Below, piece by piece: positions 55,001 to 64,000 of a stretch of DNA of 64,000 nucleotides. The position numbers were made by a program, and so were the translations under genes. The stretch spans positions 16,120,001 to 16,184,000 of the forward strand of contig NC_087260.1 in NCBI RefSeq assembly GCF_037042905.1, written 5' to 3'. How positions within the stretch are numbered: the first letter of the stretch is position 1; the number at the start of each line of letters is the position of its first letter. The notes beneath the pieces are model-generated. The model did no database searches. It was not told where the DNA came from and saw nothing but the letters and a program-made list of their open reading frames with translations. This DNA is from Lytechinus pictus (lineage: Eukaryota).

Positions 55001-58000
55001 GGAGCAAAGAGATTCTGCCCAAAGTAGCTCCAGTTCAAGGTCAGATATTTCAAGTCCCGAAGAGATTTCTCCAACTCCAGTGTTAAGTCCAAATATTACA
55101 CCACAGCAGGAACATACAACATCTGAATGGTCTGAAAATACACCTGACCCATCTGAAATCACTGATAGTGAAACAGAGGAATATGAAATTAATGTATATC
55201 AGTATGAGAGTGTACGAGACGAGTCTGATGGAACACCAGAGCAGTATGATAGTACACCAGATCAGTCTGATAGTACACCAGATCAGTCTGATAGTACACC
55301 AGATCAGTCTGATAGTACACCAGATCAGTACAATAGTACACCGGAGCAGTATGACATTACACCGGATCAGTCTCCAAGTACACCAGAGCAGTATGATATT
55401 ATACCGGATCAGTCTGCTAATACACCAGATCAGTATGATAGTACACCAGATCAGTCTGCTAGTACACCGGAACAGTATGATATTACACCAGAGCAGTATG
55501 ATATTACACCGGATCAGTCTGCTAGAACACCAGATCAGTATGATAGTACACCAGATCAGTATGATAGTACACCGGAGCAGTATGATATTACACCAGATCA
55601 GTCTGCTAGTACACAGGAACAGTATTATAATACACCGGAGCAGTATGATATTACACCTGATCAGTCTGCTAGTGCACTGGAACAGTATGATAGTACACCA
55701 GATAAGTCTGAGAGTACTCCAGATCAGTATGATAGCACATCACAGCAGGAGCATGTTAAAAACAGTTTATCTTCTGCATCATATGTCACTGAGACCTACA
55801 CAGAAATCGTGGAAATTACCGAGATTTCAATACCTGACACTAAACCTGAGACACAATCAAAGGAAAGTATCTTACATGAGTCATCACTATCAGAAGTAAC
55901 AAGCAAACCTATGCCTTCGACAGAAGGTTATCGTACGGAAGACAGTGACTCAACTCAACAAGGTACTAGATCATCACCAGTCGGTTCAAGCAATATTGCA
56001 AAGACGAATACAGTTCAACCTGATGCCGCTTACACCTTTAGTCCACCTTCACAAAATGCCAGTGCCATACAACCTGGCCCAAACTCTACCACTGATGCTT
56101 CTGCACCTACAGAGCATTCAGTTGCTTCAACAATTACATATTCAACACTAACAGAACCCCAGGCTCAACAGCCTGCGACTTCATTGGATAGACCAAATTC
56201 AGCAACTGCTTTGCAGGATGAAATGCCTCAGGGTGACCAACTGGATGATACAGAACCATCATCAGAACCCTTTATTATGGAAGTCAACACAGAAGTGATA
56301 GAATATACCGAACTTGTGATGGCTGACTCTGATGGAGAGTCTGATTACAATCCTGTAGACTCAGACGATGAGGGTTCCGTGTTGAGAGATGCCAACGCCA
56401 ATGACGGGGTGGATAGTGGCGACGCACCGGGTTCTGATGAAAGTCAGATCAAGGAACCCGAAGGTGTTGCATCTGCTGATAACAGTTCTACCACGCAGAG
56501 GTCTGCTTCCACAGTGGATACCTCTGATTGGACAACAAACAGCTCTGACTCTGCATCACACATTCCTGTGTACGCGATGGACCGAGTTGATTACGTACTA
56601 GACAATTCTTATTCAATATCAGAGAGTCTTGAGTATACATTACACAGTAACGATTACAGTCTGGACAGTTCAACACCAGACAGCTCTGATTCCTTACAGG
56701 GCAGTTCTGAATTGACACCAGACAGTTCTGATTCTACACCAGGCAGCCCAGATTCCATACTAAGCAGTTCTGATTCGATAACAAACAGTTCTGATTCTAC
56801 ACCAGGCAGCTCTGATTCCATACTGGGCAGTTCTAATTTAACACCAGACAGTTCTGATTCTACACCAGTCAGCTCTGATTCCAAACTGGGCAGTTCTGAT
56901 TCCACACGAGACAGTTCTGATTCTACACCAGGCAGCTCAGCTTCCTTACCAGACAGTTCTGATTCCACACGAGACAGTTCTGATTCTACACCAGGCAGCT
57001 CTGATTCCATACTGGGCAGTTCTAATTCGACGCCAGACAGTTCTGATTCTGCACCAGGCAGCTCAGCTTCCTTACCAGACAGTTCTGATTCCACACAAGA
57101 CAGTTCTGATTCTACATCAGGCAGCTCTTATTCCATACTGGGCAGTTCTAATTCGACACTAGGAAGTTCTGATTCCACACTAGGCAGCTCATCTTCCTTA
57201 CCAGACAGTTCTGATTCGATGGTGGATATCGTTTATTACATGGACAGTTCCGACTCTATATTGAATAGTTCTGATATTATAGTAGAAATCTCTGATTCTA
57301 TATCAGATAGGGATGATTATACACCAGATAGTTTTGATAATACAATGAACACTTCGGATTCTTCACAAGACAGTGGTGATTCTACACTAGTTAGTTCATC
57401 TTCCACACAAGACAGCAAAGATTATACACTGGACACGTCTTATTTTACACTAGATATTTCTAGTATGAATAGTTCTGATTATACACTTGGCAGTGTCAGT
57501 TTGACACAAGACAGTCCAGATTATTCACTGGACAGTCCTGATTATACACCAGAAAATTCTGATTACACACTGGATAGTGCTGAGGCTACACCAGACAGTC
57601 CTAGTTATACACCTAATGATGTTGACTCTACACCAGACAATCGTGAAGCAACACCAGACCGTCCCAATTACACACTCAACGGTGCTGGAGACACATCAGA
57701 TAGTCCTGATTATACTACACGGGCTAGTCCACAGTCCACACCAGCCAGTGTCAATTCTGCTTCGAACACCCCCAGTGCTACACTAAATGACACTGTTGAC
57801 CCTTCAACAACAGCAGAATCTGCACTTCAGGAACCAAGTCAATTGAATAAAACAGTAAGTAATACGGCTCTCACAGAGACCCCTGTTAGTGATGACATCA
57901 CCTCTCCCCAAGACTCAAGTTTGACTGAAACTTACACAGAAACCGTGGAAATTACAGAGCTGTTCATAGGTGATGAAAATGACTGAAAATCTTTCAACTT

Positions 58001-61000
58001 TGTGTACCAAAACACAAGTTCCACTGGGGTGACTGATATACTTTGAACTCTCTCTACCAAAACGGAAGTTCCATCGGTCATGCACAGAATATCACCCCCT
58101 CCCCCAAAACCATTTTGACTGAAACTTACAATGAAGCCATGGAAATTACAGAACTGAAGATAGGTGAAAGAAAAAGACAAAGCTTTCTTCATCAAAAACA
58201 GTGCTTCAATTGGTCCTGCAAAGACTATTATAGCAAGAGGTGAAACTTATTGTTTGATAGGACCAAAGATGGTCAAAAGCTGCTGTATGTTGTCAAGAAT
58301 TCTGTGCTATTTTAAGATAATGTTTCTGTGCAGGTATCATCACAATCACTGCAGGGTTGACCGAACCTTGAACATGTGTCTTCAAAATGTAATATATTGG
58401 GAAAGTGTAAAAACATGGCTCTTTATTTGTAGAGAACTACGAAAGTGCAAAGTAATCACTTTCCTATTCAGCAAATTCAGTATTTTCATGACTATATTTC
58501 TGTAGCGCATGATGAAAAATGTCCACACACCAAATTTGTAGACTATCAGTTCATGCTGGCTCAAGGATGGCCACATAAATACCCAATGGCCTCATTCAAA
58601 TCAGATCAGGAAATTGGCCTAGTTCATAACTGTTTGAATCTGCTATGTTTTTAACAAAGCTGTTCATAAATTAGGAGCAATTTTACAGTCAGTCGGCAGG
58701 TCCCAAGAAAGTGGCTTCTTTCATCCAAGTGATATTCATGACTAGAGAGGTTTTGCATATTTAATGAGCTTGATGCGGACCAAAACACCTCTTTTCATTC
58801 GGTCATTGCTGCTCTAATTGGGCATCGAATTTCATGATTTTGGTATCATTGTAAAGGAGAAGAATCATTCTTTTAGGTCATGTGTTTGCATTTATTCAAA
58901 GATTTTGTAATATAGATTAAAATTTTGATCTAAAATATGCTACAAAATAATTATTTTCACCTGACAAAAGCTGCTATTTTTACACTTTATCTTTGTTTGA
59001 GCCCAAATTATTTTTAGATCATCATAAAGCTGAATATGTATGCTTTAAAATGGTATAGGTTTCAAAACAAGAATACTGCACTCTGATTGGTCAAAGAGAC
59101 CACACACTGGCAAATTCCAACGGTTCCAGTGCCTGGGTTCATGGGAAGGTCACACTTCCCATGTGGTAATCTCCTCAAATTACCTGCTCCTGTTGTTTTG
59201 TGAACCTTATCCAGCCAATCAGAACTCTGGATTTCATGCAAGTACAAAATTTCAGAAATCTCGTCTTGTACCTTGGTGGGAAAAGTGTGATCTTGACCCG
59301 ATTAAAAGGTGCCGCATATCAAGAGTGGCATTGTGAGAAAGTACAGAAGTTAAGCTTTATGGTGATATATATCATTGAGGCTCAAAATAAAAAGTTTTGC
59401 ACAATTTGCAAAAGAAAACAGAGGAAGAAAATTCAGTTGTGAGGCACATTTTCAGGCCAGAAATTCACTTATTTATCAAAATATTGTATACAAAATAAAT
59501 GACCAATATGAAAGAGTAACATTTACTCTATCTGATGGTGCAATGATATTTCATTTGACTTGAGGTTAAATCAGGTAAATTCTTAGAGAAAGAAAATATC
59601 ACGAATCACAAGATTTTGCAAGAAGGATTCAGCCACGAGATGATTTGGATGAATCTGGCCTTTTTGCTCATTAGCATAGGGGCCTGCGGTCTGACTGTTT
59701 ACAAACAACTGGTGATCCTTTCTTAAGGTAAGATTATGCACACCAAGTTTTCATTGGTGTGGATTTAGCTCCTAAGAAAGGATCATCAGTCATTTGTTAA
59801 GTTGCTCGTATCTTACGAAAAGCTTTATGAAACACACACCAGGTGCAATTTGCACTGATTTCAACGAGGCTAGGTATTCATAAGACCACATCTCTGACCC
59901 TACAAGCCAATTCTCACAATATTTGGGCTGCGGACGTTTCTCTATCATGTTGAATCGCAAATAATTTCTTATTTTTCATTTCATCACTTCAGAACAGTAT
60001 CCATTTTGATAAGGTGCTTCCTGGCATTATGACCAAGTGGTGATCAGTAACAAATTATTCTCCACCACCACCATTTGTGATAGATAACATATTTTATTCT
60101 CTTTATTGGCAGTATCTTGATGTATAATATGTCTCAATGCAATAATAATGCACCGCATTACAAATGATCTAAGCCATGCCCAGTTGCCCCGTGTCATAAG
60201 AAACTTCGTCATACATTAAAATGTCAACAACAAAAAAAATCACAATTTTGGCACTCCATATACTCCCACTTCTTAAACTCATGAACAACTTGAAATGTAC
60301 ATTATAGAATGCCCGAGGGTAGAGAACCACTTTTTTCAGATATATATTTATACTTACTGTTGTTATATATCTTGAGTGAAACTCGGGGGCATCCTGTAAA
60401 AACGTTAAGCCAGGATGAGAATCAACTATATCCTGGAAAAAAAAGAAGAAAGAAATGGTTAAAGAGAAAAATACTTCTGAAAAGATTTCTGGTTTAAGTA
60501 TCAAATTGAATACCTGCCCAGGGCTCTGCTACACAACGATTTGCAATCAATCACTAAATGGCAATGACCAATCAAATTCATTGTTCTATGTGCCTTAGGT
60601 TCTAAACACTGGCCAGGACCCAATCAACAATGATCTTTCATATTTATGGTCAATCACAAACCTTTGTGTTACGGGGCCTTTAACTAAATGAAAGGCACCT
60701 TACCAAGAGTCAGAGCTTAGTCTTTTCCACAGGAATCCTGTCAGGCATCTTTTCATGGCTAATTCTCACATTTTATCAGAGACAAAATAATTGGGGAATC
60801 TGGAAAATATGCAGGGAAAGATGCTTTGTGCCTTTATAGTGAAATTCCTGCCAAAAGACAAGTCATAGGATCTTGGTAAGGTGCCTTGAAATCAAATCTT
60901 CTGGGCTCTGTCTTACAAAGACTTACGATTGATCCGATTAACCACAACTATAGGAGGCCAGCAACGCCAACATCCAGAATGCATGTTTGTTCAATATGTT

Positions 61001-62569
61001 TTCTAAATATGATGTATATTCATACAATCATCGTTTTCTTGACAATGCAGTATGTTTATCCCTGTTTAAAAAAGGACATGTGCTGATTTCCTGTAGAAAC
61101 AAATGGAGCGCCTCTGGCAGTCTCGCCTTCATTACACGATTTAATATAGCAGCAGTGCTGACTTTGAAAATGACTATAAAATAATAATTCACAAAAAACA
61201 CCATTCATAAATATGCCACTATGTTCATTGACCCTAAATGACATTTGACCTTGGTCATGTGACCTGAAACTCGCACAGGGTGTTGAGTGATACTTGATTA
61301 CTCTTATATCCAAGTTTTATGAACTAGATCCATAAACTTTGAAGTTATGATGGTAATTCAACAAATATCCCCAACATGGCTAAAATTCATTGACCCTTAA
61401 TAACCTTTCAACTTGGTCTTGTGACCTGAAACTTGCACATGATGTTCAGTGATACTTGTTTACTCTTATGTCCAAGCTTCATGAATCAGATCCATAAACT
61501 TTCAAAGTTATGATGGTAATTCAACGGATAACCCCAACTTTCCCAAAGTTCATTGACCGTAAATGACCTTTGACCTTGGTCATGTGACCTGAAACCAAGG
61601 CAGGATGTTCAGTAATATTTTATTACCCTTAAGTGTCCAAGTTTCATGAACCCGGTCCATATACATTCTAAGTTATGATGTCATTTCAAAAACTTAAACC
61701 TTAGGTTAAGATTTATGTTGAAGGCGCCACCGTCACCATCGGAAAAGTGGCGTCTATAGTCTTGCTCTGCTATGCAGGCGAGACAAAAATTATGACATTG
61801 CTGGAATTCCATATAGTAGATGTTAATTGGATCAATTGTAACTCTTTGTAAGACAGGGCACAGGTATTGAAGGGTGTACAAATCAGAACTATCCAGTTGA
61901 AAACGACCTGGGCCCCGTTCTATAAAAGGTTGATATGATAGCAACTCTTGCTGACAATTCAACTACCATGAAAACAGTGAGATATCTGTTTCTTGATTGG
62001 CTCTTCCATTGAAAGTTACATTCCAGCAAGATTTACTATCATAGTAACTTTTTTAATGAAATGGGGGCCCTGGTTGGTGTTTCATAAAGCTGTGTGTAAG
62101 TAACGAGTGACTCTACAAAGACTGGGAACCCTTTCTTACGGTAAATGATACACATCAGATTTTCAATGGTATTGATTTAGTTCCTAAGAAAGGGTCACCA
62201 CTCACTTGTAAATTTGCTTGTGCCTTACAAACAGCTTTATGAAATACCCACCAGAACTATCAAGTTGAAACCTGAATATATTAGAGACCTCAGGGCCATT
62301 TCATGAATCAAATACCAATAGTCAGGAATTTTGTTAGTGCAAATCCTTGCATTTGATTTGCTTAGAGAAAATTAGTCGGTGAAAGTCACTGATAAAACCT
62401 TTCATGAAATGCTCTCTATAACTATCAAGTTGTAATCTGAAAGTAAGAAATTATATATGTACAAACCTGAACTATCGGGTTGAAATCCTCTGGTAAAAGA
62501 TGGTTCGCTCCCGGCCTGGACAGCAACCTGAAGAAGCGGGAGGCATCATCGTGACATTGTTTGGTTATT
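34082..62569 (-). CDS. PPP2R3A: PP2A regulatory subunit B'' (PR72/PR70 family, EF-hand), 5'-partial. Exons in window: 62467-62569, 60358-60432, 45402-45488, 40877-41033, 40242-40293, 38864-38950, 36533-36677, 35787-35936, 34671-34795, 34082-34229
   Basis: The spliced translation contains [107 protein letters not shown] and [17 protein letters not shown], ending ...DDSGKGL*. Splice phases are consistent. It is probably a co-ortholog of PPP2R3A and PPP2R3B. Confidence 0.95.
35397..35600 (-). mobile_element. tRNA-derived SINE, partial (more degraded copies ~33270-33570 on -, ~43556-43760 and ~44550-44800 on +)
   Basis: The reverse complement carries A box tggtctagtgg, B box ggttcgaatcc and the body cacactgtgctgcactcgacccaggtgaggtgaatgggtacc shared with 48985-49270. 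Confidence 0.75.
40424..40850. repeat. ~133-bp tandem repeat, three copies plus a partial, in a PPP2R3 intron
   Basis: The unit caaaatgtttcttgaaaccc...gtaccattgtcttcatgttgtacta...aaagctactgaaatc recurs at 40424, 40558, 40691 and ~40824. Confidence 0.85.
42677..43522. mobile_element. Harbinger-like non-autonomous element, ~850 bp
   Basis: TIRs gtgtttatgcttcca...cagaatcagcgttt / aaacgctgattctg...tggaagcataaacac, flanked by TAA and TTA. Confidence 0.7.
45121..45368. mobile_element. TA-flanked MITE
   Basis: TIR CCGTGTTTACACGCTGCCC / GGGCAGCGTGTAAACACGG with TA on each side. It explains the read-through tail of ORF 45087-45497. Confidence 0.75.
47460..48410. repeat. ~950-bp polypyrimidine (C/T) degenerate minisatellite
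   Basis: Almost G-free on the + strand. Blocks tctatctttccatcccctctccatatccctcctc and ccttttacccc recur. Confidence 0.9.
48450..48660 (+). promoter_or_regulatory. Candidate promoter of the nested gene
   Basis: Motif cluster ~230-420 bp upstream of the proposed ATG: CCAAT 48550, GC box CCGCCC 48568, CRE-like TACGTCA 48578, ATTGG 48588, CCAAT 48632 and X-box-like GTTACCATAGCGAC 48455. Confidence 0.5.
48872..57986 (+). CDS. Nested gene: ~1753-aa secreted Ser/Thr/Asp-rich repetitive protein. Exons: 48872-48876, 51208-51415, 52938-57986
   Basis: ATGGG|GTAAGT (phase 2) joins cctacag|G and yields the signal peptide [27 protein letters not shown]. The exon 2 donor GAA|GTGAGT (phase 0) joins tatttag|CCA, in frame with the 1646-aa ORF. 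Exon 2 already carries the TETYTEVI motif that recurs in the 5-kb exon. The 5-nt first coding exon is the least certain part. Confidence 0.85.
48985..49270 (+). mobile_element. Full-length tRNA-derived SINE in intron 1 of the nested gene
   Basis: A box TGGCCCAGTGG, B box GGTTTGAATCC, conserved body, and a 3' end GCGCTATATAAAT followed by a (TAT)n-like tail. Confidence 0.8.
50621..51013. mobile_element. MITE with 28-bp TIRs
   Basis: ATACCCCTTTCATAAACCCAATAAAACA / TGTTTTATTGGGTTTATGAAAGGGGTAT, with internal ATGCGGATAA repeats. Confidence 0.75.
51456..51785. repeat. Near-perfect 165-bp tandem duplication spanning the left junction of a Kolobok-like MITE
   Basis: agtgttgaatttcattttc...cagacatttt starts at 51456 and again at 51621. 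Confidence 0.85.
53316..54510 (+). repeat. Coding tandem repeat with units of 393, 345 and 390 bp plus a partial (His/Thr-rich)
   Basis: TATGTGACAGAAATTTATAC occurs at 53316, 53709, 54054 and 54444. Units differ mainly by a 48-bp sub-repeat ([16 protein letters not shown]). Confidence 0.9.
55233..55736 (+). repeat. Coding 21-bp minisatellite, 24 x TP[DE]Q[YS][DA][SI]
   Basis: 24 consecutive heptads counted in the translation, with DNA unit ACACCAGATCAGTATGATAGT. Confidence 0.9.
56673..57720 (+). repeat. Coding 21-bp minisatellite, TPDSSDS-type heptads (26 clean units to 57218, then degenerate TxDSxDY)
   Basis: DNA unit ACACCAGACAGTTCTGATTCT. The heptad register persists, with small slips, to ~57720. 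Confidence 0.9.
58686..59697. mobile_element. 1.0-kb TIR element inserted into a palindromic MITE
   Basis: Imperfect TIRs CAGTCAGTCGGCAGGTCCC / GGGCCTGCGGTCTGACTG with TTTA on both flanks. The flanks rejoin into the 15237-15408 family. Confidence 0.7.
61097..61790. mobile_element. Helentron/HINE-like non-autonomous element with a central ~162-bp tandem array
   Basis: Subterminal inverted repeat GTCTCGCCT / AGGCGAGAC, a short hairpin near the right end, and three ~162-bp units containing TGACCTTTGACCTTGGTCATGTGACCTGAAAC (61224, 61386, 61549). Confidence 0.6.
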
Positions 62570-62868
62570 CTGGAAAAAATACAAGGGTATGAGAAAGGAA
62601 GGAGGAAAACATGTAAACAATCATATATTAATATATTAGTTTCAACGATGTATTTCAAAGCTTGCAATCGTCTTGTTTCACAAAGATTAAGGTCTGACTG
62701 AAATTGCATATAAATTTTGAGTTGTGTGTGGTATACAATGCATCATCACATTGGCAAGATCAAGCTTTTGGGATGAGCTCCTGTGCATTTATTAATGAGA
62801 AATTTTATTGAATATCGTGTGCATTGACACTTAAAATCACAACTTTTAGTCAGACTTCTTAACTCTAT

Positions 62869-63183
62869 GGCCCGTATTCTGAAGTCGGGTTTAACTTAGA
62901 CTACGGTCTAAATCTGTATCAAAATTATGAGAAGCCAAACATGTCAAAACTTTGTTTACATTGTCTGTTTCATATGTTGACTGTGCTCTTCCCTAATTCT
63001 TTAATAGTAGTGAAAACAACTATCTTATTTTATCTTCCCAGACAGTTAAGAATGATTTGAGAGTCAAATGAGCTGATTCGTTGATCCTCTACTATTAGAA
63101 ATTTATGCCACAATTGGCTATCCATAGTTAAACCACAACTTTACACCAGAGTTAAAAATAAACCAGAGTTCAGAATACGGGCC
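62869..63183. mobile_element. Harbinger-like MITE (copies ~9896-10175 and ~12331-12818)
   Basis: TIR GGCCCGTATTCTGAA / TTCAGAATACGGGCC with 3-bp TSD TAT. Confidence 0.75.
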
Positions 63184-63340
63184 TATGGGAAGTATCACCA
63201 TAAGTTCCATACTTTGAAGGTCATAACACAACTTACAACTGGTCTACGATACGAATTGGGAAGAATTTGGATATTTCAAAATATCCTTTTCAATGTATAG
63301 GTTCAGACTATCAATCAAAACACTAAAAAAAATGTTTTGA

Positions 63341-63840
63341 TAATAATAATAATAATAATAATGCTCAATTCTTGTATAGCGCATCACACATAGCATAGCA
63401 TGTCCCTATGCGCTTAAAGAAGGAATAGTGTAAGGTAAGAATAAAGTAATCAAGATATTGATATTGGACCATTAGTTCAAAGTTGGTATTTTATGCATTG
63501 AATAGATATGTTTTAAGGGACTTTCTGAACCTGCATAAATCACTCTGATATCTCATTGAATTAGGTAAAGCATTCCAGAGGACAGCAGAGACATGAGTAA
63601 AAGCACGCTCACCATATGACTTTGTAGAGACAGAGGGAACAATGAATAATGCTTTTGAGCTTGATCTAAGATTTCGGGATGGCTGGTAATAGGATACTAA
63701 ATCGAGTAAATAGGATGGGGCAATTTTATAAAAACAGTTGTGTGCAAAAACTAAAAGCTTGAATACAATGCGGGAACGGACAGGGAGCCAATGTAATTCT
63801 CTGAGAACTGGAGTAATTGCTTCATACTTGCTTCATACTT
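63341..63840 (-). mobile_element. 5'-truncated L2/CR1-group LINE 3' end
   Basis: The open frame 63829-63491 reads ITPVLRELHWLPVRSRIVFKLL...APSYL...RNLRS...YGERAF...LWNALP...FRKSLKTYLF*, the typical L2-clade ORF2 C-terminus. It is followed by a GCGCTATACAA-containing 3'UTR and an (ATT)n tail. Confidence 0.85.
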
Positions 63841-64000
63841 GATCAACTCCAAGCCTATAGTTAAGAGTAAAGACCAAAGATTGCTAAGATTGTAGCAGAT
63901 GGTACGATCGCTATGACGTCACCATGTTTACGAATTGACTTTGGTTTTACCAGAAGAAACAGTACCATAAGCTTTAAAGTTCAATCATATCAAATGTTGA

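Noticed and set aside
55233-55736. Regular short repeats as a possible CRISPR array
   Set aside because: Head-to-tail in-frame coding heptads with no unique spacers, in a eukaryotic spliced locus.
55168-55899. 243-aa alternative-frame ORF (IVHQISL repeats)
   Set aside because: By-product of the 21-bp coding minisatellite, which lacks stops in that frame. It has no independent splice or start support.
56654-57094. 146-aa antisense ORF (ESELPGV repeats)
   Set aside because: Antisense shadow of the TPDSSDS array.
56673-57218. Naming the nested gene DSPP or a mucin
   Set aside because: The similarity is compositional low complexity only. There is no evidence of homology, so no symbol was assigned.
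57500-57720. SPDY/SPSY heptads resembling the RNA polymerase II CTD
   Set aside because: Only superficial. They derive from the local TPDSSDS unit in a signal-peptide protein with no polymerase domains.

Overview
AT-rich, intron- and MITE-rich animal DNA. The repeat content looks echinoderm/sea-urchin-like, but that is inference only. Five protein-coding loci can be built with consistent GT-AG splice phases. (1) A 2-exon uncharacterised gene (+, 148-2218). (2) A complete 16-exon PCCB (-, 19544-5103, 543 aa). (3) An intronless MSL2 (+, 19880-21148, 422 aa), head-to-head with PCCB across a 335-bp shared promoter. (4) The last 10 coding exons of a PP2A B'' (PPP2R3A/B-type) gene (-, 62569-34082), whose 5' part lies beyond the window. 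(5) An unrecognised 3-exon gene on the opposite strand, nested in the 14.9-kb PPP2R3 intron. It encodes a ~1753-aa secreted, Cys-free, Ser/Thr/Asp-rich protein with a recurring [14 protein letters not shown] motif, His-rich ~115-131-aa repeats and two heptad arrays. The order and orientation PCCB<- ->MSL2-> <-PPP2R3 match the human 3q22 cluster as I recall it. The rest is non-autonomous DNA transposons (several nested), tRNA-derived SINEs, an L2-type LINE 3' end and tandem repeats.
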